Assembly: GCA_036677065.1 (NCBI GenBank)
Contig: JAKFBS010000004.1
Coordinates: forward strand, 160,001-224,000
Source of the DNA: Bdellovibrio sp.
Lineage (GTDB): Bacteria > Bdellovibrionota > Bdellovibrionia > Bdellovibrionales > Bdellovibrionaceae
Direction: 5' to 3'
DNA: 64,000 nt
Both the position numbers and the translations under genes were made by a program. The notes beneath the pieces were generated by a model. The model was not told the DNA's origin, ran no database searches, and was given only the letters and a program-made list of their open reading frames with translations. Shown piece after piece: positions 49,195-59,906 of the stretch. The stretch's first letter is position 1. Every line of letters begins with the position of its first letter.

Positions 49195-51015
49195 TTACAT
49201 TGTAGCGTCAGGTGCCGGTGTTCCTGCTTTTTTAAAACCCATCGCTTTTGTTTCTTGGATATTGATGAATTCAAGAGGTAAAGAATTTTTTAAGGTTAAG
49301 AAAAATTCTTTGTGCGAAGCCATTTCCATATTCCATTGGGTATTATCAATTTTCATCGCTGCATTAAATTGATCATGAGAAAATTCTAAACCTTCCCAGT
49401 TAAGATCATTGTATTGCGGTGAATAGCCTAATTCAGTTTCAACAGCATGAGCTGTATTATCGATGCGGTTAAACATCCATTGAAGTACGCGCATGTTATC
49501 GCCATAACCTGGCCACATGAATTTACCTTGTTCGTTTTTACGAAACCAGTTCACGATAAAAATTTCTGGAGTCTTAGCAATACGGTTTGGCATTTTTAAC
49601 CAGTGCTTGAAGTAATCACCAATATTGTAACCGCAGAATGGTAACATCGCCATTGGATCACGACGAACAACGCCGACTTTACCAGTTGCTGCTGCTGTTG
49701 TTTCAGAACCCACAGTAGCCGCGAAGTAAACGCCAGTGTTCCAGTCTTTAGCCTGAGAAACTAATGGAATGGTATCTGCACGGCGACCACCGAAAATAAA
49801 GGCATCAATTGGTACACCTGCTGGGTTTTCCATTTCAGCATCTGCAGATGGGCATTGTGAAGCTGGAACTGTGAAGCGTGCATTCGGGTGAGCCGCAAGT
49901 CTGCCGCAGCCAGGAGTCCACTCTTGACCTTGCCAGTCAGTTAATTTTGCAGGCGGAGTATCAGTCATACCTTCCCACCAAACATCACCTTCTGGAGTTA
50001 AAGCTACGTTTGTGAAAATTGTGTTTTTCGCGATAGTTAACATCGCGTTTGGATTTGTTTTAAAACTTGTGCCTGGGGCTACGCCGAAAAATCCAGCTTC
50101 TGGATTGATCGCGCGTAATTGGCCATTAAGATCAGGTTTAATCCACGCGATATCATCGCCAACAGTTGTGATCTTCCAGTCTTGAAATTCCTGCGGTGGA
50201 ATAAGCATTGCAAAATTTGTTTTTCCGCAAGCCGATGGAAATGCTGCTGCTACATATTTTTTTTCTTGTTTCGCATTTTCAACACCTAAGATTAACATAT
50301 GTTCGGCTAACCAGCCTTCTTCGCGACCTAAAGTAGAAGCGATACGAAGGGCGAAACATTTTTTTCCTAATAGGGCATTACCACCGTAACCAGAACCGAA
50401 AGACCAGATTGATTTTTGTTCTGGGTAATGAACGATGTATTTTGTGTCGGCGTTGCATGGCCATGTAACATCTTTTTGGCCAGCTTGTAACGGAGCGCCT
50501 ACAGAGTGAACGCATTTTACATAATCAGTGCTATCATTTACTAAATTCATCACTTGCGCACCGATGCGAGTCATCACGCGCATATTGATCACAACGTACG
50601 GAGAATCTGTGATTTCAAAACCGATTTTAGAAATTGGTGAACCTAAAGGGCCCATGCAAAAAGGAATCACGTACATCGTGCGGCCTTGCATACAACCATC
50701 AAAAAGTTTTCCAAGAGTTTGCTGCATTTGTTCTGGAGCCATCCAGTTATTTGTTGGCCCTGCGTCTTCTTGTTTTTCTGAACAGATAAAAGTTCTGTCT
50801 TCAACACGCGCAACGTCTGCTGGATTTGATAACGCTAAGTATGAATTCGGGCGTAGTGTTTCGTTTAATTTTTTTAATGTGCCTGAAGCGATCATTAAGT
50901 CGATTAGCTGTTGGTTTTCGGCATCTGAGCCATCGCACCAGTGGATATTTGTTGGCTTTGTTAAAGCCGCGATTTCGTTAACCCAGTTTAATAAATCTTG
51001 ATTTTGGATTTGCAT
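49195..51015 (-). CDS. pckG: Phosphoenolpyruvate carboxykinase (GTP)
   Basis: [40 protein letters not shown]. Confidence 0.97.
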   Translation of the reverse strand: MQIQNQDLLNWVNEIAALTKPTNIHWCDGSDAENQQLIDLMIASGTLKKLNETLRPNSYLALSNPADVARVEDRTFICSEKQEDAGPTNNWMAPEQMQQTLGKLFDGCMQGRTMYVIPFCMGPLGSPISKIGFEITDSPYVVINMRVMTRIGAQVMNLVNDSTDYVKCVHSVGAPLQAGQKDVTWPCNADTKYIVHYPEQKSIWSFGSGYGGNALLGKKCFALRIASTLGREEGWLAEHMLILGVENAKQEKKYVAAAFPSACGKTNFAMLIPPQEFQDWKITTVGDDIAWIKPDLNGQLRAINPEAGFFGVAPGTSFKTNPNAMLTIAKNTIFTNVALTPEGDVWWEGMTDTPPAKLTDWQGQEWTPGCGRLAAHPNARFTVPASQCPSADAEMENPAGVPIDAFIFGGRRADTIPLVSQAKDWNTGVYFAATVGSETTAAATGKVGVVRRDPMAMLPFCGYNIGDYFKHWLKMPNRIAKTPEIFIVNWFRKNEQGKFMWPGYGDNMRVLQWMFNRIDNTAHAVETELGYSPQYNDLNWEGLEFSHDQFNAAMKIDNTQWNMEMASHKEFFLTLKNSLPLEFINIQETKAMGFKKAGTPAPDATM

Positions 51016-51129
51016 GTCTGCTCCTATAAAATTTAGAATGACACGTTCTAAACTTTTATAGTTTTGCAGGCAAGAAATGCGTTTATTTTGCAGCTTTTAC
51101 AGGCACGATTTGAGGCTAAAAAGCCTCAT

Positions 51130-51480
51130 TTATAGACTAAAAAGTTCACGAATGGCTTCGGCCAATTTTTCCCGTGGAATTACGCCCGCACTCATTGCCG
51201 GTTCTTCGCCAAGTGGAATAAAAAGCAGAGCAGGAATAGAACGCACTTCAAACAGGGCCGCAAGCTCGGGAGACGCCTCGGTGTTGATTTTGTAAAAATT
51301 TACCCGATCTTTAAAGACCTCTTCGGTATCTTGTAAAATAGGATTTAGCTGATGGCAGGGGCCACACCAATCGGCATAGAAATCAATGATAGCGGGCATT
51401 TTGCCCTTGAAGGTCCATTCTTTGTTTTCAGTGAAATCAAAAATTTTTTCTTTAAATGTATCAATCGTTAAAGTTTCCAT
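51130..51480 (-). CDS. trxA: Thioredoxin
   Basis: DFYADWCGPC, VRSIP. Confidence 0.9.
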   Translation of the reverse strand: METLTIDTFKEKIFDFTENKEWTFKGKMPAIIDFYADWCGPCHQLNPILQDTEEVFKDRVNFYKINTEASPELAALFEVRSIPALLFIPLGEEPAMSAGVIPREKLAEAIRELFSL

Positions 51481-51571
51481 ACCCTTAAGTCTTATGAGAA
51501 AATGGCGCATTGTCAAAATGTAATAGTCACTTGCGAATTATAGATTTGGGCTAAATAATTTTTATATTGAG

Positions 51572-52132
51572 GTGTATATGAAAATTTTAACTTTTGCCGG
51601 TTCGTTACGAAAAGATGCTTTAAGTAAAAAACTCTGCCATGTTGTTTCTGAAATCGTGCAGAAAAATAACTTGGCTGAAATCCATTTTGTTGATTTGCAA
51701 CCTTTGAACATTCCTGTTTATGACGGCGATTTTGAAACTTCTCAGGGAATTCCTGCAGGAGTCATGAGCTTAGGAAAACAAATCACAGCAGCCGATGCAC
51801 TGATTGTTTGTACGCCTGAATACAATGGTTCGATTCCCGGTTCGTTAAAAAATGTGGTTGATTGGTTGTCGCGTGAAAAGCCTGTGCCTTTAACAGGTAA
51901 GCCGATGTTGCTGTTGGGTTCTTCACCTGGAGCAATGGGTGGAATTCGTTCGCTATGGCATTCGCGTCAGCCTTTTGAAGTTTTAAATACGCAGCTTTAT
52001 CCAGAGATGATGGCTGTGGGTAAAGCTCATGAAGTTATTTTAGAAAACCACACTTTAAGTGAGCCTAAGCTGCAGCAAAATCTTGAGCGTTTACTTAAAG
52101 ATTTTACTACTCATGTGCAAAAATTTCTTTAA
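51572..52132 (+). CDS. NADPH-dependent FMN reductase
   Basis: GSLRK, TPEYNGSIPGSLKNVVDWLSR. Confidence 0.92.
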   Translation: MYMKILTFAGSLRKDALSKKLCHVVSEIVQKNNLAEIHFVDLQPLNIPVYDGDFETSQGIPAGVMSLGKQITAADALIVCTPEYNGSIPGSLKNVVDWLSREKPVPLTGKPMLLLGSSPGAMGGIRSLWHSRQPFEVLNTQLYPEMMAVGKAHEVILENHTLSEPKLQQNLERLLKDFTTHVQKFL

Positions 52133-54648
52133 TGGTTGGAATTATTTAGTTTATCCAGCAGCAAAAGTTTTTGTTTTAATTTAAAATAATCAGCCCACGG
52201 GTCTTTTGCTGTTTTTAAAATTTTTAAAACTTTATCCACAGTAAAGTCTTTCGCAGATTTTACTTTATTTAAACTTTGCCAGGAAATCGGAAAAGCTACG
52301 GTGGCTTCGCTTTGGGCGCGTGCTGAATAGGGTGTAATCGCGGTAGCACCGTACCCGTTACGTAAGTAGTCTAAAAATATTTTTTTGCTACGTTTGGATT
52401 TTGAAATCACTGTCGTGAAACTTTGCGGATATTCATTCACTAATTGATCACAGACAGTTTTTGCAAAGTTTTTCACTTCGTCAAAGTTATATTTACGCTG
52501 AATCGGTACATGTAAATGTAGCCCTTTGCCGCCACTGACCAAAAGAAAACTTTTAAGCTTAAGCCGGTCGAGCAAGTCTTTAAGTGCAAAAGCGGCTTCT
52601 TTTACTTTTTCAAAAGTAACATTGGGTGCAGGATCTAAATCAAAAACGATGACATCAGGATGATCAACCTGATGAACTTTACATCCACGCGAGTGAATTT
52701 CAAGGGTACCTAACTGCACCAGCTCTAAAATTCCGGTGATCGAATCGACATATAAAACTTCATCGGGTTTATTTTTTAATTCAGAATGCAATTTCTGTGA
52801 TTTCAGACCAACGCCATTGATGTCTGTGTGCTTTTGAAAAAAACAAGTTTTACCAACGCCGTTTGGACACCTTAATAAGGCCAGCGGCCGGTTTTCGACA
52901 TACGGCAAAATCCATTTTTGAATGGTTTTATAATAATCAGCTAATTGCCTTTTTGTAAGCTTTGCTTTTGCAAATAGAATTTTATCGGGATTACTAATAG
53001 GTACATCTTTTGGTTCTGGTGGCTCTTTGACTGGCGGGCCTTTTTTTGTTGGTTGTTTTTCTTTTTGGCTGACCAGGGTGTTTAAAGTTTTTTCTTCAAG
53101 CGTCACGGTTTTTGCCTTTTTGTCATAACGTAATCCTTTATAGGCGGCATGTCTTAAAATTTTTTCATCTGTCCAGGCACCGAATTCAATCTGCGCGACC
53201 AGAGCCGGCTTTACAAAGCTCATGCTTCGGCGACGGTCATGGGCTGTCATTACTGGTGAACCTTTTTTAAAATAGCTTTTTTCACTTTTTATTTTTTTTA
53301 GTTTTTCTAATAATCTTGTGCTTTCAGCAGAATTAAAACCAGTTCCTACACGGCCAATATATTGAAATTCATTTTGCGCATTATAAGCACCCATTAAGAG
53401 TGCTCCCAGAGAATTATTTTTATTTTGTAAAGTGTAGCCGCCAATCACAAATTCCTGAACCTTAGAACATTTGCTTTTAATCCAGTTTTTCGTGCGTCCT
53501 GACTGGTAAATACTTTGAACTTCTTTTGAAACAATCCCTTCAAGATGCAAATGGCAGGCTGACTTTAGAACATTCTTGCCGTCGCCGCGCCAGTGGTCGC
53601 TGAAGAGTATTTTTTTAGAAGGTGTTTCTTTTAATAACTTTTTTAAAAGAGTTTTTCTCTCTAAAAGCGGGTAGTCCTGCAGATCCTGTCCGTTAAAGTG
53701 CAGAATATCAAAGACGTAATAAAACAGTTCATTGCTTCTATGGTTATCTAAAGAATTTTGCAGGCCCTGAAAGTGGCTGACGCCGTTGTCATCAACCCAG
53801 ACAATTTCTCCGTCTAGCATCACAGAGTCAGCCGGAATTTTTTTACATTCCTGTTCAATAAACTTATACTTGTTCGTCCAATCTAATCCCGACCTGGTTA
53901 AAAGTTTAATGTTTGATTTTTTTTTGTGGCAAAGAGTCCGGTAGCCATCAAGTTTAATTTCATGCACCCAGTTTTCACCCTGAGGTGCGACTTCTGCTAA
54001 GAGAGCTAACTGCGGCGCCACGAAGTCAGGCAGCGCTGTTTTTACAGTTGTTTTCTTTTTGGGCGTGGGCACCGGTTTTTTTACCGGGGTTTCAAAGGTA
54101 TCGTCGGGAAGTTTTTTGCCAGAGATAACGCTTTTATCATTTTCTAAGATATCCACATTATCTTCGGCAAACTGATCGTGCCTTTTAATTAAAAGCCATT
54201 GGCTTTTTTTTGAATTTCCCATTTTTCGTGTCCGCACCAATAACCAGCGGCCAGACAGTTTTTCTCCGTGCAATTCAAACTCAAGGCGTCCACTTTCAAG
54301 AGCTTTAAGCGGGTTTTTAGGCGGAATCCATTCGCCGCGATCCCACACGATCACATCACCGCCACCATATTCACCAAGGGGAATACTTCCTTCAAAATAG
54401 GCGTAGTCCATAGGATGATCCTCTACTTCTACGGCTAAGCGCTTATCATCGGGATTTAAAGAAGGGCCTTTAGGAATGGCCCAGCTTTTTAAGACTCCAT
54501 CTAATTCCAGACGAAAATCATAATGCAGATGTGAGGCCGCGTGTTTTTGAATGACGAAAATTTTTTTATTTTTCGTTGAATACTTACGCCCCCGTGGTTC
54601 GAGAGTTTTTTTGAAATCGCGTTTTGAATGGTATTCTTGTAAGCCCAT
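52129..54648 (-). CDS. ligD: NHEJ DNA ligase D (phosphoesterase-ligase-polymerase)
   Basis: QKHAASHLHYDFRLE, EIKLDGYR, EGIVSK, FDLDP, SGGKGLH, FLDYLRN. Confidence 0.97.
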   Translation of the reverse strand: MGLQEYHSKRDFKKTLEPRGRKYSTKNKKIFVIQKHAASHLHYDFRLELDGVLKSWAIPKGPSLNPDDKRLAVEVEDHPMDYAYFEGSIPLGEYGGGDVIVWDRGEWIPPKNPLKALESGRLEFELHGEKLSGRWLLVRTRKMGNSKKSQWLLIKRHDQFAEDNVDILENDKSVISGKKLPDDTFETPVKKPVPTPKKKTTVKTALPDFVAPQLALLAEVAPQGENWVHEIKLDGYRTLCHKKKSNIKLLTRSGLDWTNKYKFIEQECKKIPADSVMLDGEIVWVDDNGVSHFQGLQNSLDNHRSNELFYYVFDILHFNGQDLQDYPLLERKTLLKKLLKETPSKKILFSDHWRGDGKNVLKSACHLHLEGIVSKEVQSIYQSGRTKNWIKSKCSKVQEFVIGGYTLQNKNNSLGALLMGAYNAQNEFQYIGRVGTGFNSAESTRLLEKLKKIKSEKSYFKKGSPVMTAHDRRRSMSFVKPALVAQIEFGAWTDEKILRHAAYKGLRYDKKAKTVTLEEKTLNTLVSQKEKQPTKKGPPVKEPPEPKDVPISNPDKILFAKAKLTKRQLADYYKTIQKWILPYVENRPLALLRCPNGVGKTCFFQKHTDINGVGLKSQKLHSELKNKPDEVLYVDSITGILELVQLGTLEIHSRGCKVHQVDHPDVIVFDLDPAPNVTFEKVKEAAFALKDLLDRLKLKSFLLVSGGKGLHLHVPIQRKYNFDEVKNFAKTVCDQLVNEYPQSFTTVISKSKRSKKIFLDYLRNGYGATAITPYSARAQSEATVAFPISWQSLNKVKSAKDFTVDKVLKILKTAKDPWADYFKLKQKLLLLDKLNNSNH

Positions 54649-54656
54649 ATATAACC

Positions 54657-55565
54657 CTAATGCAATCTATGGTGAGCTGTTGCTTTCGATTTTTTATGAG
54701 AGCCCGATTTCTTGCGTGCTGCTGATAATTGCGCTACCGAAGCTTTTTCAGAACGTTTTGCCGCAGGTTTTCCCCGCGCAATACTTTTTTGCAATAATGA
54801 CATAAGATCAGCTGAATTTGTATTTGTGGCCTTGGGTGCTTCTTCGTATTCAGCGGCTTCTTTGGTATCTCCGGCTTTTATTTTATGAGTAATATATTTT
54901 TTAAGATCTTCCTGGTAAGTGTCGTGGTATTTTTCTGGTTTCCACTTTTCTGTCATTTCATCGACTAAAGTTTTTGCGGCTTTCATTTCACGGGGAGAAA
55001 TTCTGACATGCGAGATATCATAGTCGTGAAGAAACTTTGCTTGTTTAACTTCGGTAACTTCATGGGCGAAACGCATGATTTCTAATATTAAGTAATCACC
55101 ACGCGGGATAATAGTCACTAAATGCTGGCGGTTCCGAAGCACAAATTTAGCAACAGCAGCTTTTTTTGTTTCTTCTAAAATATTTCGCAGAAGCACATAA
55201 CCTTTTTCGCCATTTTTACCTGGCACTAAATAATACGGCTTTTCGAAGAGTAAAAAATCAACCTCTTTTAGATTTACAAAGTCTTCGATATCTATAGTTT
55301 GTGTTGATTTTGGATTCGCTTTTTTCAGTTCTTCGTCGGTTACGGTGACAAACTGATTTTTTTCATACTCGAAAGCTTTAACAATATTTTTTCGATCGAT
55401 TTCTTTACCAGTTGATTTTGTATATTGTTTGTAGCCGATCGGAGAGTAGTTACGTTTATCGAGCATACGAAAACTAATTCGTTCGTCTTCTTTTGCACTC
55501 ATGACTGAGACGGGAATGTTTAACAACCCAAAACTAATGGCTCCATTCCATATTCCACGCGCCAT
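54657..55565 (-). CDS. ku: NHEJ Ku protein
   Basis: IWNGAISFGLLNIPV, KPYYLVP, basic C-terminal tail. Confidence 0.96.
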   Translation of the reverse strand: MARGIWNGAISFGLLNIPVSVMSAKEDERISFRMLDKRNYSPIGYKQYTKSTGKEIDRKNIVKAFEYEKNQFVTVTDEELKKANPKSTQTIDIEDFVNLKEVDFLLFEKPYYLVPGKNGEKGYVLLRNILEETKKAAVAKFVLRNRQHLVTIIPRGDYLILEIMRFAHEVTEVKQAKFLHDYDISHVRISPREMKAAKTLVDEMTEKWKPEKYHDTYQEDLKKYITHKIKAGDTKEAAEYEEAPKATNTNSADLMSLLQKSIARGKPAAKRSEKASVAQLSAARKKSGSHKKSKATAHHRLH

Positions 55566-55582
55566 AATACTCTCTCCTTTAA

Positions 55583-55771
55583 CTAAATAAGTTTTTCATT
55601 GTGCTGGCGGGCTTTATTTCGCGATTTACGCGCATCTTCGCCAACCACGTCATGAGCACCTTCATATTCGCTTGAATCCTTCATATCATTATCATGTAAG
55701 GTCGCGGAATTTTTATGAACACGAGTGACCTGACTTTTTTTATGTTTATTACTGCGTGAAGCCATTGCCAT
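55583..55771 (-). CDS. Small hydrophilic hypothetical protein
   Basis: GGAGG RBS before MAMAS; co-oriented upstream of ku. Confidence 0.6.
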   Translation of the reverse strand: MAMASRSNKHKKSQVTRVHKNSATLHDNDMKDSSEYEGAHDVVGEDARKSRNKARQHNEKLI

Positions 55772-55799
55772 ATAAACCTCCATTTATAGAATGTAATGG

Positions 55800-55816
55800 A
55801 GCAAATCGCTTGCCTA
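55800..55816 (-). promoter_or_regulatory. sigma54-like promoter upstream of the small ORF-ku-ligD run
   Basis: TAGGCAAGCGATTTGCT (GG-N10-GC with TTGCT). Confidence 0.55.
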
Positions 55817-55868
55817 TAGCAGCTTCATCCTGGAAGTTATAATTTTTTTTAAGGGTAATAATGGGACG

Positions 55869-56561
55869 TTGACCGAGGAACAGTTATTGCTGTTTATGAC
55901 TGTGATGAAAAAGTTCAGCCTAACTCTTGTTTTGATCGCCTTGTTCGCTTTTTCTTTACTGGGGCAGGTTATAGAGGGGCATTCGACCTACAATGAAAAA
56001 AGAGTCAGTGAATTCAAGCTGCCTGCAGTTAAAATATCTGAGTACATTAAAACAGGGCACTTTATCAGTGCACTTTCTGAAAATATGGAATCAGAGTTTT
56101 TACAAATGGCCCTGTTTGTGGTTTTAACAGTTAATCTTTATCAGATCGGCTCTTCCGAATCGAATAAACTACCTTACCAAAAAACCAAAGATGATTTAAA
56201 CACTGAGGCCGATGAAGAAAGACATTCGATAGAACAAAAAAAGAAACATCCTTTTTTGTGGCCAATATATGAAAGGTCGCTGACTATTGCGCTTTTTTTA
56301 ATTTTTACAGGTTTTTTTCTTGTTCACGCTTACGGAAGTTTACTTTTAGTCAATGAAGAGCATTTACGCTTGCATAAGCCCTTACTTACCTTCTGGCAAA
56401 TATTCGGTGAAAGCGAATTTTGGTTTGAATCTTTTCAAAACTGGCAAAGTGAATTTTTTTCGGTGGCGATACTTTGCCTCTTAAGTATTTTCTTACGGCA
56501 AAAAGGTTCGGCGCAGTCAAAAAAACTGCACCGTTCGATTTTTTACACTGGGGCTAACTAA
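55869..56561 (+). CDS. Conserved membrane protein (DUF6766-like)
   Basis: ENMESEFLQ, FWFESFQNWQSEF, LRQKGSAQSK; start uncertain. Confidence 0.75.
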   Translation: MTEEQLLLFMTVMKKFSLTLVLIALFAFSLLGQVIEGHSTYNEKRVSEFKLPAVKISEYIKTGHFISALSENMESEFLQMALFVVLTVNLYQIGSSESNKLPYQKTKDDLNTEADEERHSIEQKKKHPFLWPIYERSLTIALFLIFTGFFLVHAYGSLLLVNEEHLRLHKPLLTFWQIFGESEFWFESFQNWQSEFFSVAILCLLSIFLRQKGSAQSKKLHRSIFYTGAN

Positions 56562-58948
56562 TTACTTATTGCGGAGGGCAAGTTTGCGTCATGGTTCACC
56601 TTGTGGTGAAAAACCATTTCGTCTGTCCAATCGGATAAGTCTATCCCTAAAGCAATTGTTAATACTTCGTTAATATGTTGTACCGTATGAATTTTCATCT
56701 GTGAACGAACCTCTTCAGGCACTTCAATTAAATCTTTTTCATTACGTTCAGACATAATCACTTCGTTAATTCCGGCACGATGTGCGGCAATGATTTTTTC
56801 TTTAATACCTCCCACCGGCAAAACTTTTCCGCGTAAGCTGATTTCTCCGGTCATGGCTAATTTTGGATTCACCACGCGCCGAGAAATAAGGGAGGCCAGC
56901 GATGTTAAAAGCGTAATCCCTGCGGATGGCCCATCTTTTGGGATACCTCCAGAAGGAACATGTAAGTGGATATCAAATTTACTAAAGTCAAAAGTAGGAG
57001 CTAAAGTTTGTAATCTGGCTTTAATTAACGATTTCGCAATTTGAGCAGATTCTTTCATGACGTCACCTAATTGGCCGGTCACAATCAATTCACCTTTACC
57101 TGGAACCAGTGCGGTTTCGATAAATAAGATATCACCACCGACCGGAGTCCATGCAAGGCCTGTGACCACACCTGCAGATGCGACAACATCAGCAACTTCA
57201 CTTTGGTAACGTTCTGGCCCCAGAATTTCTTCTAATTTTGCCAGCTCGACTAAAATTTTTGTCTCGCCACGCAGAATTTTTTCGCTGGCGAATCTGGCCA
57301 TTTCAGCAATTTTACGTTGCAGCTCGCGCACGCCGGCTTCACGGGTGTAATGCGAGATGGTTTTAAACAGAGCTTCGTCACTGATTTCAATTTGTTCAGC
57401 GGTTAAGCCATGTTCTTTGATTTGTTTCGGGATCAGATGCGTTTTTGCAATGTGAAATTTTTCTGCAATCGTGTATCCCGATAAATCAATCACTTCCATA
57501 CGATCAAGCAAGGGCAGTGGAATACCTTCAAGGCTGTTCGCCGTGGCAATAAAAAAGATATTCGACAAATCAAAAGCCGTATCTAGGTAGTGATCAGTGA
57601 ACGTTGTATTTTGTTCTGGATCCAATACTTCAAGCATGGCTGAAGCGGGGTCTCCAGAAAAGCTGCGCGACATTTTATCGATTTCATCTAATACAAAGAC
57701 AGCGTCGTTTTCTCCGGCTTTTTTAACAGCCGAAATAATTCGCCCTGGCAAAGATCCAATATAGGTTCTTCGGTGGCCGCGAATTTCAGATTCATCACGA
57801 ACCCCACCCAGGCTGATGCGCTGATATTTTTTTCCTAAGGCGCGCGCTATACTTTGGCCAAGCGAAGTTTTACCCACTCCCGGAGGGCCAATAAATAATA
57901 AAATAGAGCCGCGTTTTTCTTTTTTAAGTTTTAGTACAGCCAAATGCTGTAAAATTCTTTTTTTAATTTTATTTAAACCATAGTGATCTGCATGCAGAAT
58001 ATTTTCGGCATCATCTAAGTTAAAATCTTTTTGATTCGAAGACTTTTTCCATGGCAAGGCCACCATCAAATCTAAATGCGATCTGATCATTTGATGTTCT
58101 GGCGACTGTTGGTTCGTCGATTCAAGTTTTTTAAGCTGTTGCATAGCTAAATCATTAGCCTCTTGAGGCATGTGGGCTGATTTGATTTTTTTACTATAAT
58201 CATCCAGATTAGAAGTTTCTTCGCCTTCGCCTAATTCTTCTTTAATAGTTTTTAATTGCTCACGCAAAATATGTTCACGTTGCGTTTGCCCAAGTTTTGT
58301 TCCCAATTTTTGACGAATATCCTGACGAACTTGCAGATTATCTTTTTGTTGATTCATCAGGTTTAATAAATGCATGATGCGTTCTTTGATCGACGTCATT
58401 TCTAAAAGATGCTGTCTTTCTTCGATGGTAATTTCGATATTAGCTGCGGCTAAATAAGATAATAAGCCCACATCTTCAATGGCTAAAACTAATTCCTGAG
58501 CTTGTTCAGTATTGCCCGGAATTAATTGTAAAACTTCAATGCTGATTTGTCTTAAGCTGTTTAACAAAGCACCTTCAGTGGCGGGGTCGACATCTAAATG
58601 ATCATCGACGCGCTCAGTGTGGGCTTCGTAAATTTCGGTATCGGCTTTAAAAGAGGTGACTTTCATGCGATGATAACCGCGCAAGGTCACGAAATAACCT
58701 TGTTCGTGGGTTCCCTTAATCGCTTCGATTTTGCTTAAGGTTCCCCAATGAAATAAATCATCGGTGCTTTCAATTGATTTGTCAGGATGTCGCTGTGCCA
58801 GCGTGATAATCCAATTGTCTTTAAGCATGGCTGCATCGACAGCTTTTAAACTGCGGTCGCGTCCTACGCGTAATGTTTGTGTGATACCGGGATAGAGCAC
58901 TGTGTTTTTAAGTGGTAAAACGGGGATTGCTCCTATTGGCATTGACAT
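56558..58948 (-). CDS. lon: ATP-dependent protease Lon
   Basis: GPPGVGKTS, HRRTYIG, PKDGPSAG, GGIKEK. Confidence 0.97.
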   Translation of the reverse strand: MSMPIGAIPVLPLKNTVLYPGITQTLRVGRDRSLKAVDAAMLKDNWIITLAQRHPDKSIESTDDLFHWGTLSKIEAIKGTHEQGYFVTLRGYHRMKVTSFKADTEIYEAHTERVDDHLDVDPATEGALLNSLRQISIEVLQLIPGNTEQAQELVLAIEDVGLLSYLAAANIEITIEERQHLLEMTSIKERIMHLLNLMNQQKDNLQVRQDIRQKLGTKLGQTQREHILREQLKTIKEELGEGEETSNLDDYSKKIKSAHMPQEANDLAMQQLKKLESTNQQSPEHQMIRSHLDLMVALPWKKSSNQKDFNLDDAENILHADHYGLNKIKKRILQHLAVLKLKKEKRGSILLFIGPPGVGKTSLGQSIARALGKKYQRISLGGVRDESEIRGHRRTYIGSLPGRIISAVKKAGENDAVFVLDEIDKMSRSFSGDPASAMLEVLDPEQNTTFTDHYLDTAFDLSNIFFIATANSLEGIPLPLLDRMEVIDLSGYTIAEKFHIAKTHLIPKQIKEHGLTAEQIEISDEALFKTISHYTREAGVRELQRKIAEMARFASEKILRGETKILVELAKLEEILGPERYQSEVADVVASAGVVTGLAWTPVGGDILFIETALVPGKGELIVTGQLGDVMKESAQIAKSLIKARLQTLAPTFDFSKFDIHLHVPSGGIPKDGPSAGITLLTSLASLISRRVVNPKLAMTGEISLRGKVLPVGGIKEKIIAAHRAGINEVIMSERNEKDLIEVPEEVRSQMKIHTVQHINEVLTIALGIDLSDWTDEMVFHHKVNHDANLPSAISN

Positions 58949-58976
58949 ATTTGTCTCCTGACCATTTTATGGTCAT

Positions 58977-59008
58977 AAAAAAACAAGGGGCACGGTTCGG
59001 CCCCTTGT
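58977..59008 (-). terminator. Intrinsic terminator between hsp20 and lon
   Basis: ACAAGGGGC-CGAACCGT-GCCCCTTGT-TTTTTT. Confidence 0.85.
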
Positions 59009-59111
59009 ATGCCTCAGATAGTTCTCTCGAAACTATTTATTTAACTGGGGCAGCGGTCTAACGTCCGTGTCGACGTCTGCGTGTGAAGTCCGCTTGTTAA
59101 GGCACAGAACG

Positions 59112-59648
59112 TTAAGTCTTATAATTTTCTTTAACAGGCGCTTCTTTATTTGAAGTTTGTTCCTGTTTTTTTGTTCCTAAAAGTTTATCGAAGATGCCGC
59201 CTTTACCAGATTGAACTTCGATCTTTCTAGCTTGGGCCACTTCGGTTTTCGGAAGGTATAATTCCAGTACGCCATCTTCATAACGTGCTTCAACCTTTTC
59301 CGCATCGATCGTGTTAGGTAATACGAAACTTCGCTTAAACGTACCGTATGTTTTCTCGTAACGATGAATTTGGTTCGTTTCGTTACGTTTTTCATTCTTA
59401 CGTTCGCCCGAAATAGCTAAAGTACCATCAGCAACTTCGATTTTAATATCTTCTTTTTTCATGCCGGGTATATCAATACTTAGTAAGTAATGATTTTCTT
59501 CTTCCATTAATTCAGACGCAGGAGAAAATTCGCGCTCATCATAAACGGGAAGACCCGGGGGAGTAAAATGATCAAACATCCTATCCATCTCTCTCCATAA
59601 ATCGGATGTTAGATTCCTACTCGTAAAAAACGGAGTTAGTGTTCTCAT
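59112..59648 (-). CDS. Hsp20/alpha-crystallin small heat shock protein
   Basis: DIPGMKKEDI, YGTFKRSFVLP, ARYEDGVLEL.LPK; AGGAGG RBS. Confidence 0.95.
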   Translation of the reverse strand: MRTLTPFFTSRNLTSDLWREMDRMFDHFTPPGLPVYDEREFSPASELMEEENHYLLSIDIPGMKKEDIKIEVADGTLAISGERKNEKRNETNQIHRYEKTYGTFKRSFVLPNTIDAEKVEARYEDGVLELYLPKTEVAQARKIEVQSGKGGIFDKLLGTKKQEQTSNKEAPVKENYKT

Positions 59649-59696
59649 ATATTTTTCCTCCTTTTAAGGTTAGAACATTTCTCTTTCTTAATTAAA

Positions 59697-59724
59697 ATTT
59701 GTAGCCGTGTAGTTTTATGTCAAG
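59697..59724 (-). promoter_or_regulatory. Possible heat-shock-type promoter of hsp20
   Basis: CTTGACA-N12-GCTACAAAT; the -10 match is weak. Confidence 0.3.
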
Positions 59725-59871
59725 GTGGCCAAGTCGTTAGATTGAAGTAATAGTTATGTCGCAAACAATAATTCATTATTGATAAATATTTATGTGAATG
59801 CGCCTTGACGGAAACATAATACGACTCATTTCAGCAAAAATAGTTTAACTTTTTGACACTACAAACAAGAT

Positions 59872-59899
59872 TAAAGTCTAGGTAATTGTTGCCCGATCA
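59872..59899 (+). promoter_or_regulatory. sigma28-like promoter
   Basis: TAAA-N16-CCCGATCA; CCGATC is 8 nt before ATG 59907. Confidence 0.55.
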
Positions 59900-59906
59900 T
59901 TTGGGT

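Noticed and set aside
50528..51001. 157-aa plus-strand ORF and similar short ORFs inside larger genes
   Set aside because: Antisense shadows of well-supported genes (pckG, hisS, lon, fibre) with no recognisable motifs
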